Shown piece by piece: positions 41,021-55,462 of a DNA stretch of 64,000 nt (position 1 is the stretch's first letter; each line of letters begins with the position of its first letter). The DNA is taken from NCBI GenBank assembly GCA_951406725.2, contig OX597826.1:24986001-25050000 (forward strand). The letters run 5' to 3'. The notes beneath the pieces were generated by a model, which worked only from the letters and a program-made list of their open reading frames with translations, was not told the DNA's origin and did not search any database. Source of the DNA: Octopus vulgaris (taxonomy: Eukaryota). Both the position numbers and the translations under genes were made by a program.

Positions 41021-41705
41021 TAATAATATTAATGCTTTCTACTATATGTACTAGGTCTGAAATTTTGGGACGGGAGACTAGTCGATTACATCGACTCCAG
41101 TGTACGACTGGTGCTTATTTTATCGACACCGAAAAGATGAAAGACAAAGTCGACCTCGGCGGAAATTCAACACAGAACGTAAAAACGGACGAAGTGTCGT
41201 TAAGTATTTTGCTCGGCGTTCTACAATTCTGCCCATTCGCCGCCTCATCATAATTTATGACTATTAGTGTCGGGAAATAAATAACAGAAGTAAAGCCAAA
41301 ACGAAATTAAAGCAGGGAAAATTATATGTAAAACATTCAGTAATCAACAATTTAATAACGCTATTTGAATATTGGAATAACACAAGGATTTGTGTTAGAA
41401 GCGAACTTCAATACCAAATATCCAAAGCATGCCCTTACAAGAAACGTTAATCTCTTGGCTTGTTATTTGCAGTAATTTATCCTCTTTGTCATCAATCTTC
41501 TATTCTTCAGAAAGCGATTCATTAAAATGTTAAAAAGCTTCTATTGAACTCTAGAATTCCATAACAAACTGTTCAATCAGGTGTCATAATTTTCTGATTG
41601 ATGCTGAACACAATGTTAACATAGATTTTTCTCTTTCTTTCCAGCTCACTCTTTCTCTCCCCACCTTCTTCCCTTTCTCTCCTTCTCTCCTTTCTTTCTG
41701 ACTCT

Positions 41706-41754
<49 letters not shown>

Positions 41755-41834
41755 ATCTTTCAATATATATATATGCATCTCTCTCGCTCTGTATGTATGT
41801 ATCTATGAATGTATATTTATATAATATATATAAT

Positions 41835-41873
<39 letters not shown>

Positions 41874-42675
41874 GAGAGAGAGAGAGAGAGGGAGAGGAAG
41901 AGAGAGAGGGATTGAGAGATGCATATATATGTATGCATATGTATATATAGATACACATATAAACACATAGATAGGCAGATAAATACATACATATATACAT
42001 ATACATTTATATACATATCGTTACATACACATACTCACACACGCACACACATATGTTTCTATGTATGATTCTCATGTTTTCAGTCTATCTAAAGGCTCTC
42101 TCTACTCCTCTCTATCTCTCACAGTATGTACATGTGTGTATATATACCTGCATGTATGTATGTATAAACATAAGTGTGCAAGAATGCATCTGCATGGTGT
42201 GTGTGCGTGTGTGTGTGTGTGTGGTTATGTGTGTGTGGTTATGTGTGTATGTGTTGTGTGTGTTGTGTGTGTATATGTGCGTGTGTTTGTGTGTGTTCCC
42301 CTGACAACCGAGTGTTCATCCACCATAGGCTCCACTGACATTTTCATTACGAGATGATCTTTTTTACGAGGTTATTTATTGAACATTTTTAAAGGTTATG
42401 CAACTCTCATTTGATTGCAAGGATACACACACACGCACACACATACACACACTCACTCATATATATACATACATACATCCTCGCGTTGTGATTTTTCTTT
42501 GTGTTTTCATGTTTGCATTAACTATATATATATATATATATATATACATATATATTTATGTATATATATATATATATACATATATACATACATATATAGA
42601 TTAATGTATATATCATGTATATATATGTACACACATATACATGTATATATATATACATATATATATATACATATA

Positions 42676-42734
<59 letters not shown>

Positions 42735-42735
42735 A

Positions 42736-42767
<32 letters not shown>

Positions 42768-42786
42768 CATACACATATATATGTAA

Positions 42787-42836
<50 letters not shown>

Positions 42837-43540
42837 TTACATATATATGTGTATGTATGTACGTATATATGTATGTATGTATGTATCTATCTATCTATCT
42901 TTCTATCTATCTTATATATATAGGGCGGCGAACAAGAGTGAAAGTTGCAGGGAGTGGTGAAGACTGAGAGAAGAGGAAGGAAGTGAGTATGTAATACAGC
43001 GGGAGGGAGAGAGGGAGGGAGAAAGAATGAGAAAGAGAGAGTAAGAGGGTGTTAAATAGAGAGAAATGAGTTAATATAAATAAAAGAATAAATAAACTAG
43101 AAAAGCACCCGGAGTGCGCAGACCTCTGCCAAACCAGAAGGAGCAGCACTATGACGACGACGACCACCACTACCACCACCACTACCACCATATCACAATC
43201 GCCACCACAACCACCATCATCAGCAGCATTGTCATTGCTTCCACTTCAACCACATACAACGCTATCAATGTTATGACGGTTACCTCGACAGCCACTTTCA
43301 CCACCACAACCAGTATAACCACTACAATACCACCATCACACAACTAACACTATCATCAACACCATTATTACCACCATCACTTCAGCATCACACAACACAC
43401 CACTCCTGTCGCCATTATAACCACCGGTACTATTTTATCCTCCTCCCATACTTATCTCGACCATCGTCATCATCAACACTGTCTCTGCTTTCACAACAAT
43501 CACCATCAAAACTACGATCACCACAATCAGTTTCTTTACA

Positions 43541-43740
43541 CAGTTGAACATCCATTATCCGATACTCATGGGACCGAAATTGTTGCAGATTTTTTATTTT
43601 TCTAATTTCGGAGTGCTTTATTTAAAAAAAATTGCATCTACAAAACGGAACAGTTTGAGGATAGAAACACAATAGGTCTAAACACAATAACTTATAGACA
43701 TACTCTGAATGTAGTTCTATATAAATCTGTAATAATTTCT
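43541..43740. mobile_element. Possible Tigger/pogo-like MITE end
   Basis: CAGTTGAACATCCATTATCCGA resembles Tigger-type TIRs; partner TIR not found. Confidence 0.3.
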
Positions 43741-43821
43741 TTTATACTCAAGACCATCAGAAATGTTAAGATATCAGCCTCTACCCGCGTTGTCATGCTT
43801 TGATTAAAAGGTTACAGCATA

Positions 43822-44228
43822 GATTAGATTACTTAGATAAGTCTCGGCCGAAGTTGACTCAGGCTATGTCTAATTTAATAGCACCACCTGGAAGAGATAC
43901 ACTGTCAGCTCTAGGGAACCGTAGCCCATTCAAGCAGAGGGTTATTGTTTTCAGAGACATATCTGGGTGTGGGTGGTTTATCTGGTATTTGTTGTGAGTA
44001 ATCATCCAGGGATCGTTTGAATGCCGTGAAGTAACTTTCCTCCTTTATGTGTGTCTGGTACAATGTTGTAGAGAGCAGGGTCAATTGAGATGAAATAGTT
44101 CTAACATAGTGTTGTGATAGGGCACGAACATTTCTGTAGTGGACGGATGGCACGAGGGCTAAGCCTCGGACGAATTTTAAAGATGGGCAATGTTGATGAA
44201 ATATTTTCCACATCATACAGATGATATA
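43822..44228 (-). mobile_element. 3' fragment of a LINE related to the 60.3-63.4 kb element
   Basis: YIICMMWKIFHQHCP...PDKPPTPRYVSENNNPLLEWA matches ORF 62992-63321. 3' UTR CCAGGTGGTGCTATTAA-TTAGACAT and TCTAAGT tail are shared. Confidence 0.88.
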
Positions 44229-44530
44229 TATTTCTTTACTACCCACAAGTGGCTAAACACAGAAGGGACAAACAAGGACAGACAAACGGATTAAGTCGAT
44301 TACATCGACCCCAGTGCGTAACTGGTACTTAATTTATCGACTCCGAAAGGATGAAAAGCAAAGTCGACCTCGGCGGAATTTGAACTCAGAACGTAACGGC
44401 AGACAAAATACCTATTTCTTTACTACCCACAAGGAACCAAACACAGAGGAAACAAACAAGGACAGACACGCGGATTAAGTCGATTACATCGACCCCAGTG
44501 CGTAACTGATACTTATTTAATCGACCCCCG
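44228..44530 (-). mobile_element. SINE family B multimer (other copies at ~6020-6125, 14585-14990, 18045-18235, 18920-19075, 24715-24915, 34128-34340, 34677-34888, 35455-35590, 36218-36335, 37350-37550, 39730-40087, 41035-41245, 47170-47285, 51092-51220)
   Basis: Same diagnostic motifs as 28490-29290. Confidence 0.85.
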
Positions 44531-45157
44531 ATAGAATAAGTACTAGGTTTACAAAAGGTAAGTCCAGGGATCAGTTTGTTCGACTAAAGACGGTCTTCCA
44601 ACATGACCTGGAACTGCAACTCGGGTGAAAGGGTGAAAGGCGAGCAGTCCTCCCCCGGGACATTTCTACGAACGGCACCTTTGGTTCTGCTGTATAAACG
44701 TGTATATGCCTGTGGTGGTGGGGGGGATGGTAGTAGTGGGGATAACAAACAGGAGGGCTACTCCGGACGGCACACACACTTGCTACATTTCTAATTAATC
44801 AACCATTGATACTAGATGAATTGCGGATGGATTATCCCATCAACTAGAGCGCATTGCTGTCGGAATAATGAACATGAGGGGGCCTCTGCACCAAAACTAG
44901 ATAATCACTTGGAAAGAAGAGTGTCACCCGATTATACCACCCTATTTACTTCTGAGCTGCAAACTTTCTTCTAGCATTATCTGGATTAACGAAACTATAT
45001 TTGGTAAGTTAGTTGTGAGTACAAAGATATCTAATATGTAGTTGATGTGTTTTATTTTGTATACATACATACATAAAGAGGGAGATAGATACGAATACAA
45101 ACACACGCACACACATATATACATATACACATGCATATACACATGTAGACATGTATA

Positions 45158-45202
<45 letters not shown>

Positions 45203-45480
45203 GCATGCATATATACATACACACATGTACACACAAATACTTAGATGTATGTGTATATATGTATGTCTACATGTGTTTTTTGTATGTGTGTTTTGTTGCA
45301 TGCATATACATACATACACACATACATGCATACATACATACATACATACATACATACATACATACATACACACATTCACACACATACACACGCATATATA
45401 TAAACGTTGTTTCTTTATGTGTTCTTTATTATTTTGGTAAAATACATACATTACGTGTGTGTGTGTGTGTGTGTGTTTGT

Positions 45481-45572
<92 letters not shown>

Positions 45573-45718
45573 CTTCATATAGGGGTCGCCAGATAACCTA
45601 GATTCTACTAATGACTCATCAATGTAGGTTTTGATAAGATTCATTTTTTTAACGCAGTTTCTGACGCTTCCTTGAGATCTCTTATATATACACTCACTCA
45701 CACTTACATAGACATACT

Positions 45719-45760
<42 letters not shown>

Positions 45761-45867
45761 CATATACATATGCACGGCATGTGCACATGTATATGGATAT
45801 TTAACATGACCTAAGAGGTTAAAGAAACAGGTACATTGGGTCTCTTCATCACATCATTTACATTATA

Positions 45868-47155
45868 CGAGGGACGTTCAATAAGTAATGCCCCTGACCC
45901 ACTTGCAGTTGTTTGATCTAGCTGAAATTTTGTATGTGCAATTATTTATATCTTTATAGATTAAGTGGCAAATTACAGCTCTGAACTCTGTGGTTTCTGA
46001 TTTACAGGTGTTTGAACAGAGTCAAGTGTGAAATGGAGCCAGTTGAGTGTCGAGCAGTGATCCGGTTTTTGCATTTGAAAGGACGCACACCACGGGAGAC
46101 TTTTGATGAAATGAAAGTAACTTATGGTGATGATGCCCCATCATATGACCTTGTAAAACGCTGGCATCGTGAATTTAGACATGGTCGGAACTCTGTGGAA
46201 ACAGCTCCCAGATCTGGTCGCCCACTTCTGCCGTTGATGAGACGTCTGTCCATCAAGTTGAGGCTGCCATTTTGGAAGATCGACGCATAACTATTCGCCA
46301 AATAGCCCATAAGGTCAAGATTAGTACCGGATCTGTGTAAAATATCATTCATGACCATTAGCATATGCAAAAGGTGTCTGCCAGATGGATTCCCAGGTTG
46401 CTCACACTTTTCCAGAAGCAAGAACGCGTTGAGTGCTCGAGGATGAATTTGGAGATGTGCCAAGAAGATGAGTCAAAATTTTTCAAAAGACTGATTACAC
46501 ATGATGAAACCTGGGTCCATCACTATGATCCAGAGACCAAAGCCCAGTCAATGTAGTGGAAGCACCGTGACTCACCTCCTCCAAAGAAGGCAAGGGTACA
46601 GCCCTCTGCTAGCAAGGTCATGCTCACAGTCTTCTGGGACCAGGACGGAGTAGTGATGACAGATTTCCTGCAAAGGGTACCACAATTACAGAAGCCTATT
46701 ATGCTTCACTTATGAGAAATTATGAGAAGCTATCAAAATCAAGAGGCGGCGCAAGATCAGCAAAGGCATCCTCCTCCTGCAGGACAACGCTCCGGTTCAC
46801 AACTCGCATGTCGCCAGATCAGAAGCACAGGCGTGCGGCTATGAACTCCTCCCCCATCCCCCCTACACTCCTGACCTTTCACCCTCTGATTTTCACCTCT
46901 TCCCAGCCATGAAGTTGTTTTTGAAAGGAAAGCGTTTCCCAGATGATGCAGCCTTGATTTCTGAAGTCACGTCGTGGTTGGAGGACCAAACTGGGATCTT
47001 CTACAAAAACGGTCTCCAGAGATGCATCAAACAATGGGAGAAATGTGTAACCCTGGGTGGTTCCTCTGTAGAAAAAGACTAATAACTGTGCTAAGTTTCG
47101 TTGTTCTACTGCTATTGGAAGTGGGTCAGGGGCATTACTTATTGAACGCCCCTCG
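45868..47155 (+). mobile_element. Full-length mariner (Tc1/mariner, irritans/Himar-like) DNA transposon, inactive
   Basis: 37-bp TIRs CGAGGG(A/G)CGTTCAATAAGTAATGCCCCTGACCCACTT at both ends, TA target duplication (45866-67, 47156-57), length 1288 bp. Confidence 0.95.
46033..47082 (+). pseudogene. mariner DD34D-type transposase pseudogene
   Basis: MEPVECRAVIRFL..., RSGRP, WIPRLL, THDETW, QDNAPVH, HPPYTPDLSPSDFHLF motifs, with several stops and frameshifts. Confidence 0.92.
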
Positions 47156-47307
47156 TAATTATTAAGTCAAGGAATTGGCAACCGTTAGCACACCGGACAA
47201 AATGCTTAGAGGCATTTCATCCGTTTTTACGTTCTGAGTTCAATCTTGAATTTGACTTTCATCCATTCGGAGTCGATAAATTAAATACACAGACAGACAG
47301 ACAGACA

Positions 47308-47377
<70 letters not shown>

Positions 47378-47558
47378 GGCGCAGGAGTGGCTGTGTGGTA
47401 AGTAGCTTGCTTACCAACCACATGGTTCCGGGTTCCGTCCCACTGCATGGCACCTTGGCCAAGTGTCTTTTACTATAGCCTCGGGCCGACCAAAGCCTTG
47501 TGAGTGGATTTGGTAGACGGAAACTGAAAGAAACCCGTAGTATATAGGTATATATATA

Positions 47559-47632
<74 letters not shown>

Positions 47633-47878
47633 TGTATGTATGTATGTATGTATGGGTGTGTATATGTTTGTGTGTCTGTATCTGTCCTCCCAACATCGCT
47701 TGACAACCGATGGTAGTGTGTTTACGTCCCCGTAACGTACCGGTTCGGCAAAAGAAACCGATAGAATAAGTACAAGGCTTACAAAGAATAAGTCCTTGGA
47801 TCGATTTGCTCGACTAAAGGCGGTGCTCCTGCATGGCCACAGTCAAATGACTGAAACATGTAAAAGAGTAAAGAGAGT
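47378..47878 (+). mobile_element. SINE family A, full length
   Basis: GGCGCAGGAGTGGCTGTGTGGTAAG...AAAAGAGTAAAGAGAG. Confidence 0.92.
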
Positions 47879-48130
47879 ATATAAATTTGCATGTCTGTGT
47901 CTTTGAAAATGCTGAGGATTTTATTAATGATACATAATGGCGCATCAACACAATGGGAGATACCATTGATGGATTTCAGCGATCTAATAAATATATGTAC
48001 ACAGAATTGATGTACTTGAAGAATCAGATACGGTGTTAACGTCTCGGTTGAAAATATTACCCACATGACATATATGTGTGTGTGTGTGTGTATCGTATTA
48101 TATTATTCAAAACAGTTTGTTTCGGATTCT

Positions 48131-48180
48131 GTGCTACTTCAAGTTTCGCAAGCCCTTAACGGAGCCGTCTCCTCAGGCTG
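48131..48180 (-). ncRNA. Type I hammerhead-like motif
   Basis: Minus: CAGC-CTGAGGA-GACGGCTCCGTTAAGGGCTTGC-GAAA-CTTGAAG-TA-GCAC; intact core, short stem I. Confidence 0.55.
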
Positions 48181-48354
48181 GTGGGATTTTCAAATGAACG
48201 GAGGGGTGATGCCTACCAATTGATGGACCACAATTGGTCAAGGAAGGTCACGTGATGTCACGATGCATAGCATTGCTTAGTAAGCGACAGCAGTTACATG
48301 AGTAAGGGATACGTACTAACTACCTACATGTTGTCTATCTGTCTGGCTGCCTGT

Positions 48355-48437
<83 letters not shown>

Positions 48438-48439
48438 CC

Positions 48440-48640
48440 TTGCGCAGACACGCACTGAGACTGCGACACCTCAGGCTCTACGTAGACGACGATGAACAGG
48501 TGTGGTCGCCGTTTGTGAGGCACGCTTTCCCGCAACTCGTCTCCATGACCGAACAGCAGTCGTTGATCAAAAAGAGGCCGAAGAAGGGCGAATGGCACCG
48601 CGAGTGTCGCGTTGCTCTCAAGCAACTCTGCCGTCTCTGC
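48440..48640 (+). mobile_element. Internal fragment of a Tx1-like LINE ORF2 (post-RT region)
   Basis: RRHALRLRHLRLYVDDDEQVWSPFVRHAFPQL resembles the segment following the GGLG motif in Tx1-type ORF2; GC-rich island. Confidence 0.55.
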
Positions 48641-49091
48641 CGTCTCGTTCTGCACGCACTCGGTTGTCTGTTTGGGCAAGTTTTCAACGGCTGGATGCCC
48701 TTCCCAATGCCAACCACTTTACAGAGTATACGGAGTTCTTTTAATGTGGCCCAACACTGATGCATAGCAGTGGGGTCGCCAAGTAGCTTACGAGACGAAG
48801 AAGCAAGGGAAGTGGCTTTTGACCAGGTGAGAGAGGTTAGAATATAACAGAGACATAGACATAGGTGTCTATTACTATTGTAGAGATGGAGAGGAAGAAA
48901 TAGTTAATGTGTGTGTGTGTGCTTATGTTTGTTCCCGACTGCCGCTTGACAACCAGAGTTGGCTTGTTTACGTCCTCGTAAATTAGAGGTTCGACAACAA
49001 AGATTGATAGAATAAGCTTGAAAAAAATGTAAAACCATAAGACCTGGAATCGATTTGTTCGACCGCAGTCTAATGATTGAAACAAATAAAA

Positions 49092-49422
<331 letters not shown>

Positions 49423-49483
49423 CGCTCCACCACCGTACATGTCTCTACGAGAGATTTAGAAATTTAGTATTTCTTATATAAAT

Positions 49484-49544
<61 letters not shown>

Positions 49545-50050
49545 CAGATAGATTTCCTCCATGGCACTAACCAGAAAGGAAGCTCTGCGAATGGACCAAT
49601 ATTCCCGAGTTCCTTAAAATCTACACTGTGTTGTGAAGCGTTAGACTGCGAAGATAAACTTCTTGTTCACGTTTCAATAGTTCTCTATAGCTATATACAT
49701 TATTCATACGTTATTCATTGATGTAAACGATAAAACGTCTGAGATTTTTTTGTCTTTGTTTTGTTTGTAATTTTCTCTCACTCTCTCTCTCTCTGTCTGC
49801 CTGTCTGCCCCCCCCTACCCACTTGTGCTGATCAAACCAATCGTAGGGAAAATTAATGTAGATATAACTATTGTAAATATACACTCGAATGATAAGCTTA
49901 ATAGTTCGGAAAAATTATAATTCGCTCGCCCACATACACACACACATACATACATAAATCAAAACATACATACATACATACATACATACATACATACATA
50001 CATACATACGTACATACATACATACATACATACATACATACATACATACA

Positions 50051-50083
<33 letters not shown>

Positions 50084-50375
50084 GCATATAGATATTTACT
50101 TTCTAACGTTATCTCCATAGACTTTTCAATAGAAATTATAACCAGTACAGAAAGTTACGACGTTATCTCTATGAATACGTCTATGTAAACAATGTGATCG
50201 AACAAATGAGTGGTGCCTTTAATTTCTATACAGAAACTGTAGAGATAACTGTAAAAAGTGATTTAATAGCACTGCTAACACAGGTGGAGCACAATATTGA
50301 CACAAAAGTCTTTAATATACTTAGTAGTATATTACGGTTGCCTAGTTAAATACGGTGTCTCTACCAGTAATTAGC

Positions 50376-50466
<91 letters not shown>

Positions 50467-50705
50467 GAGAGCAGTTGTATACTGTCAACTGAACGTGATA
50501 GTCCCATAAAGGGAATCACACCACTGTTATTTAGCCCTTCCTGTCGGCCTTGACACATTTCCTGTGTCCTTATGTTTATAAGGGGAGACCAGCACCCCAT
50601 TCAGCTAAGCCTGCATCAAGAGACTAACTCTACTCCTGGTATTTGAGTACTCTTTTTTCCACCTTGTTTCATATATATACTCCGGTATATATATGTGTTT
50701 ACTCC

Positions 50706-50766
<61 letters not shown>

Positions 50767-50980
50767 TTATATATATGATGGAAGCACTCCGTCGGTTACG
50801 ACGACGAGGGTTCCGGTTGATCCGAATCAACGGAACAGCCTGCTCGTGAAATTAACGTGTAAGTGGCTGAGCACTCCACAGACACGTGTACCCTTAACGT
50901 AGTTCTCGGGGATATTCAGCGTGACACAGACAGTGACAAGGCCGCGAGTCCGCTGCCCTAACCACTGGGCCATTGCGCCT

Positions 50981-51018
<38 letters not shown>

Positions 51019-51047
51019 GTGCAACCAAATATGCATATCTCTCTCTC

Positions 51048-51092
<45 letters not shown>

Positions 51093-51564
51093 TGAGTTAA
51101 AATTCTGCAGGGGTCGGATTTGCCTCTCATCATTTCGAGGTCGATAATATAAGTACCAGTTGAACACTAGGGTCAGTGTAATTGACAAACTCCTCCCCTA
51201 AAAAATTCCCGCCTAGAGTTATAAGAATCTAAGATTATATATATGTGTATGTGTGTGTGTGTGTGTGTATGTGTGTATGTATATATGTATATGAACAAAT
51301 CTATCAGCCTCTAGATTCTTCTTCTTCTTCTTCTTCTTCTTCTTCTTCTTCTTCTTCTTCTTCTTCTTCTTCTTCTTCTTCTTCTTCTTCTTCTTCTTCT
51401 TCTTCTTGCCCCTGTGGCAAACAAAAGAATTCATTCTTATTATTAATTGAGAAAATCCACACACTTAAGGAGAGCCTACAGATTCATTGCAAATTTTATC
51501 ACGCCCTGTTTCTGCATATGTGTGTGCATGTGTATGTTTGCATGTGTGTGTGTGTGTGTGCGTG

Positions 51565-51629
<65 letters not shown>

Positions 51630-52309
51630 TCAGCGAGCGTATTCTTAAAACACCATAAATCCACGCGTTTCTCTGTAGAGCGAAGAATTTTAACATATGC
51701 ATTATGTTTATATAAACTAAGTATGATGTATAAATACCTAGTGTTAAGCCGACAGACAGACACACAGACAGGCACATGCAGATTAGGCAGACAGGCGAAG
51801 CGAAAGTCATTTATGTTCAAAGGTAGTACTCAACATATGTATTTGTGTACGAGCCTATGTGATTGTATATTTTATGTATACGTCTGTAGGTATTCATATA
51901 CAAATGTGTATGGCTACATGCCCGATAGTATGTCTTATGTATGCGCGTATGACAGCATGAAATGAAGTGTATGTTTACCTTTACATATGCAAGTACGTGA
52001 CTGCACGTGTTTCTGTCTGGTCTGTCTGCTTGTCTGTCTATGTATGTATGTATGCATGTATGTATGTATGTATGTATGTATGTATGTATGTATGTATGTA
52101 TGTATGTATGTATCTATCTATTTATCTATGAATATAAATACATACATAGACAGACATACAGACCGACACAAACACACTCATATACATGCACCCATGAATA
52201 TGTATACGTGTATGCATGAGCCTGTATACATATATATATATGTGTCTTTGTGTGAAGCGCGCACCTGTGTATGTATATATATGTGTATATATATACATAC
52301 ATATATATA

Positions 52310-52606
52310 TCACCGTGATCACCGTGACCGACCAGGCTATCAGATGTTGCTACACATCGCTGGTCACAATGCGCTTCGCATTGTTTTAGCCTTCAAATGA
52401 CGCCATCTCGCTGGCTAAGCGAGCTGGCCAACAGAAGAAAGAGTGAGAGAAAGTTGTGGCGAAAGAGTACAGCAGGGATCACCACCACCCCCTGCCGGAG
52501 ATTCGTGAAGCCTTAGGTGCTTTCGCTCAATAAACACTCACAACGCCCGGTCTGGGAATCGAAACCGCGATCCTACAACCGCGAGTCCACTGGGCCATTG
52601 CCTCCA
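52310..52606 (-). mobile_element. SINE family C with an alternative 3' tail
   Basis: Head and body match 6559-6745; tail differs and ends in (CACGGTGAT)2. Confidence 0.82.
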
Positions 52607-52859
52607 CACACACATATATATATATACATACATACATACATATATATATACATAGATGTATGCATACATACATACATACATACATACATACATACATACA
52701 TACATACATACATTCATGCATAGAGGCAGACGTGACTGTTGGTAGAAAGCTTGCTTTCCAACCACATGGTACCGGGTTCAGCGTGGCATCATGAACAAGT
52801 GTCTTTATCTATAGTTTCGGGCCGACCAAAACCTTGTAAGTGGATTCGGTAGACAGAAA

Positions 52860-53054
<195 letters not shown>

Positions 53055-53091
53055 TATAAGCTTTAAGCTTATAAAATATATATATATATAT

Positions 53092-53413
53092 AGAGAGAGA
53101 GCAATAAGAAAATGAAGGGGATGAATAGGTGGTTCATTAACTTTTAGACATTATATTATGTCAACTTTATTTATTTACTAAACTGACAATTACAAGAATA
53201 TACATACATGTATAACATATTATGCTTTACATATAAGATATAAAATATATTAATATATAAAGATACCAGTAATTATTACAATATAACATACATGAATATA
53301 AATTGGGAAAATAACTTACAGCTTTTTCAGCCAAGAGGCAAAAATACCTCAGCAGTTTATTGGATAGATATTATCTCTTAGCTGCTTGGATTCACAACCT
53401 CTAACTTTCTTGG

Positions 53414-53415
<2 letters not shown>
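53092..53415 (-). repeat. Left arm of a ~320-bp outer inverted repeat (Penelope pLTR-like)
   Basis: Reverse complement of 55746-56068 with ~5 substitutions and small indels. Confidence 0.92.
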
Positions 53416-53450
<35 letters not shown>

Positions 53451-53457
<7 letters not shown>

Positions 53458-53862
53458 AAAAAGGGACAGGCAAACAGGTTGCTTGACCGCATACCGAAAA
53501 AATAGAAATAGCAGTCAAGAATGCTTATTTCTATCAAAGTTGGACTCCGGGCATGACAAACCCTGTAATTCACATATGCAAAACAGAAGGAATAGATAAC
53601 GAATACGAGGTCTGGCGGTTATCTGTGAACATCATGTTTCTGGATTATAAACATATTGAATATATATTCCATATATATTTTTGATATATATTTCATATAC
53701 ATTGCATATATATTTCACATCCTTCTTCAGCACAGCTTTCCATTGAAAAAGATTTATCATAGATTTATCAAATGCTACGTACCTCAAACCTTCTGACCAT
53801 GCGACATCAAAATATTTGAAGAAAGTGAGCAAAAGCTAAACCTACATAGACGTTTGAATTCG
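53451..53862 (-). repeat. Inverted partial copy (~410 bp) of the 643-bp unit
   Basis: Reverse complement of the unit; the 66-aa ORF 53632-53832(-) is identical to 54315-54515(+). Confidence 0.95.
53623..53735 (-). ncRNA. Type I hammerhead ribozyme motif (inverted copy)
   Basis: Reverse complement of the same motif. Confidence 0.72.
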
Positions 53863-54411
53863 AAACATGATGTTCACAGATAACCGCCAGACCTCGTATT
53901 CGTTATCTATTCCTTCTGTTTTGCATATGTGAATTACAGGGTTTGTCATGCCCGGAGTCCAACTTTGATAGAAATAAGCATTCTTGACTGCTATTTCTAT
54001 TTTTTCGGTATGCGGTCAAGCAACCTGTTTGCCTGTCCCTTTTTCTTATATACAATATATATACTGAACTTTACAGAAGTTCCTGCCGGTAATCGGCTAT
54101 ATTTACATACCGAATTCTACCTGTAAATAATTGGGGTTTTTTTTAAAAGCCTTTATAGAAATTATTTACTCCTATTATTATATTACTATTTGGATTTTTC
54201 ACTCCCTTATGACAACCTAATTGTTCCCCATCTTAGGGAACTATTTTTGTAATGCGCATGGCAAAATTTTGGAGGGAAGATTTACGAATTCAAACGTCTA
54301 TGTAGATTTAGCTTTTGCTCACTTTCTTCAAATATTTTGATGTCGCATGGTCAGAAGGTTTGAGGTACGTAGCATTTGATAAATCTATGATAAATCTTTT
54401 TCAATGGAAAG

Positions 54412-54524
54412 CTGTGCTGAAGAAGGATGTGAAATATATATGCAATGTATATGAAATATATATCAAAAATATATATGGAATATATATTCAATATGTTTAT
54501 AATCCAGAAACATGATGTTCACAG
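54412..54524 (+). ncRNA. Type I hammerhead ribozyme motif (array junction 1)
   Basis: Stem I CTGTG/CACAG, core CTGAAGA (54417-23), stem II GGAT...ATCC enclosing a long AT-rich insert, GAAA (54507-10), stem III ACA-TGA-TGT, triplet GUU. Confidence 0.75.
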
Positions 54525-55054
54525 ATAACCGCCAGACCTCGTATTCGTTATCTATTCCTTCTGTTTTGCATATGTGAATTACAGGGTTTGTCATGCCCGG
54601 AGTCCAACTTTGATAGAAATAAGCATTCTTGACTGCTATTTCTATTTTTTCGGTATGCGGTCAAGCAACCTGTTTGCCTGTCCCTTTTTCTTATATACAA
54701 TATATATACTGAACTTTACAGAAGTTCCTGCCGGTAATCGGCTATATTTACATACCGAATTCTACCAGTAAATAATTGGGTTTTTTTTTAAAGCCTTTAT
54801 AGAAATTATTTACTCCTATTATTATATTACTATTTGGATTTTTCACTCCCTTATGACAACCTAATTGTTCCCCATCTTAGGGAACTATTTTTGTAATGCG
54901 CATGGCAAAATTTTGGAGGGAAGATTTACGAATTCAAACGTCTATGTAGGTTTAGCTTTTGCTCACTTTCTTCAAATATTTTGATGTCGCATGGTCAGAA
55001 GGTTTGAGGTACGTAGCATTTGATAAATCTATGATAAATCTTTTCAATGGAAAG

Positions 55055-55167
55055 CTGTGCTGAAGAAGGATGTGAAATATATATGCAATGTATATGAAAT
55101 ATATATCAAAAATATATATGGAATATATATTCAATATGTTTATAATCCAGAAACATGATGTTCACAG
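55055..55167 (+). ncRNA. Type I hammerhead ribozyme motif (array junction 2)
   Basis: Same as 54412-54524; core 55060-66, GAAA 55150-53. Confidence 0.75.
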
Positions 55168-55462
55168 ATAACCGCCAGACCTCGTATTCGTTATCTATTC
55201 CTTCTGTTTTGCATATGTGAATTACAGGGTTTGTCATGCCCGGAGTCCAACTTTGATAGAAATAAGCATTCTTGACTGCTATTTCTATTTTTTCGGTATG
55301 CGGTCAAGCAACCTGTTTGCCTGTCCCTTTTTCTTATATACAATATATATACTGAACTTTACAGAAGTTCCTGCCGGTAATCGGCTATATTTACATACCG
55401 AATTCTACCAGTAAATAATTGGGGTTTTTTTAAAAGCCTTTATAGAAATTATTTACTCCTAT

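Noticed and set aside
53929-55414. Repeated 65-66 aa ORFs in the tandem array
   Set aside because: Non-ATG starts and no recognisable domain; one is frameshifted in the second unit, so identity simply reflects recent duplication
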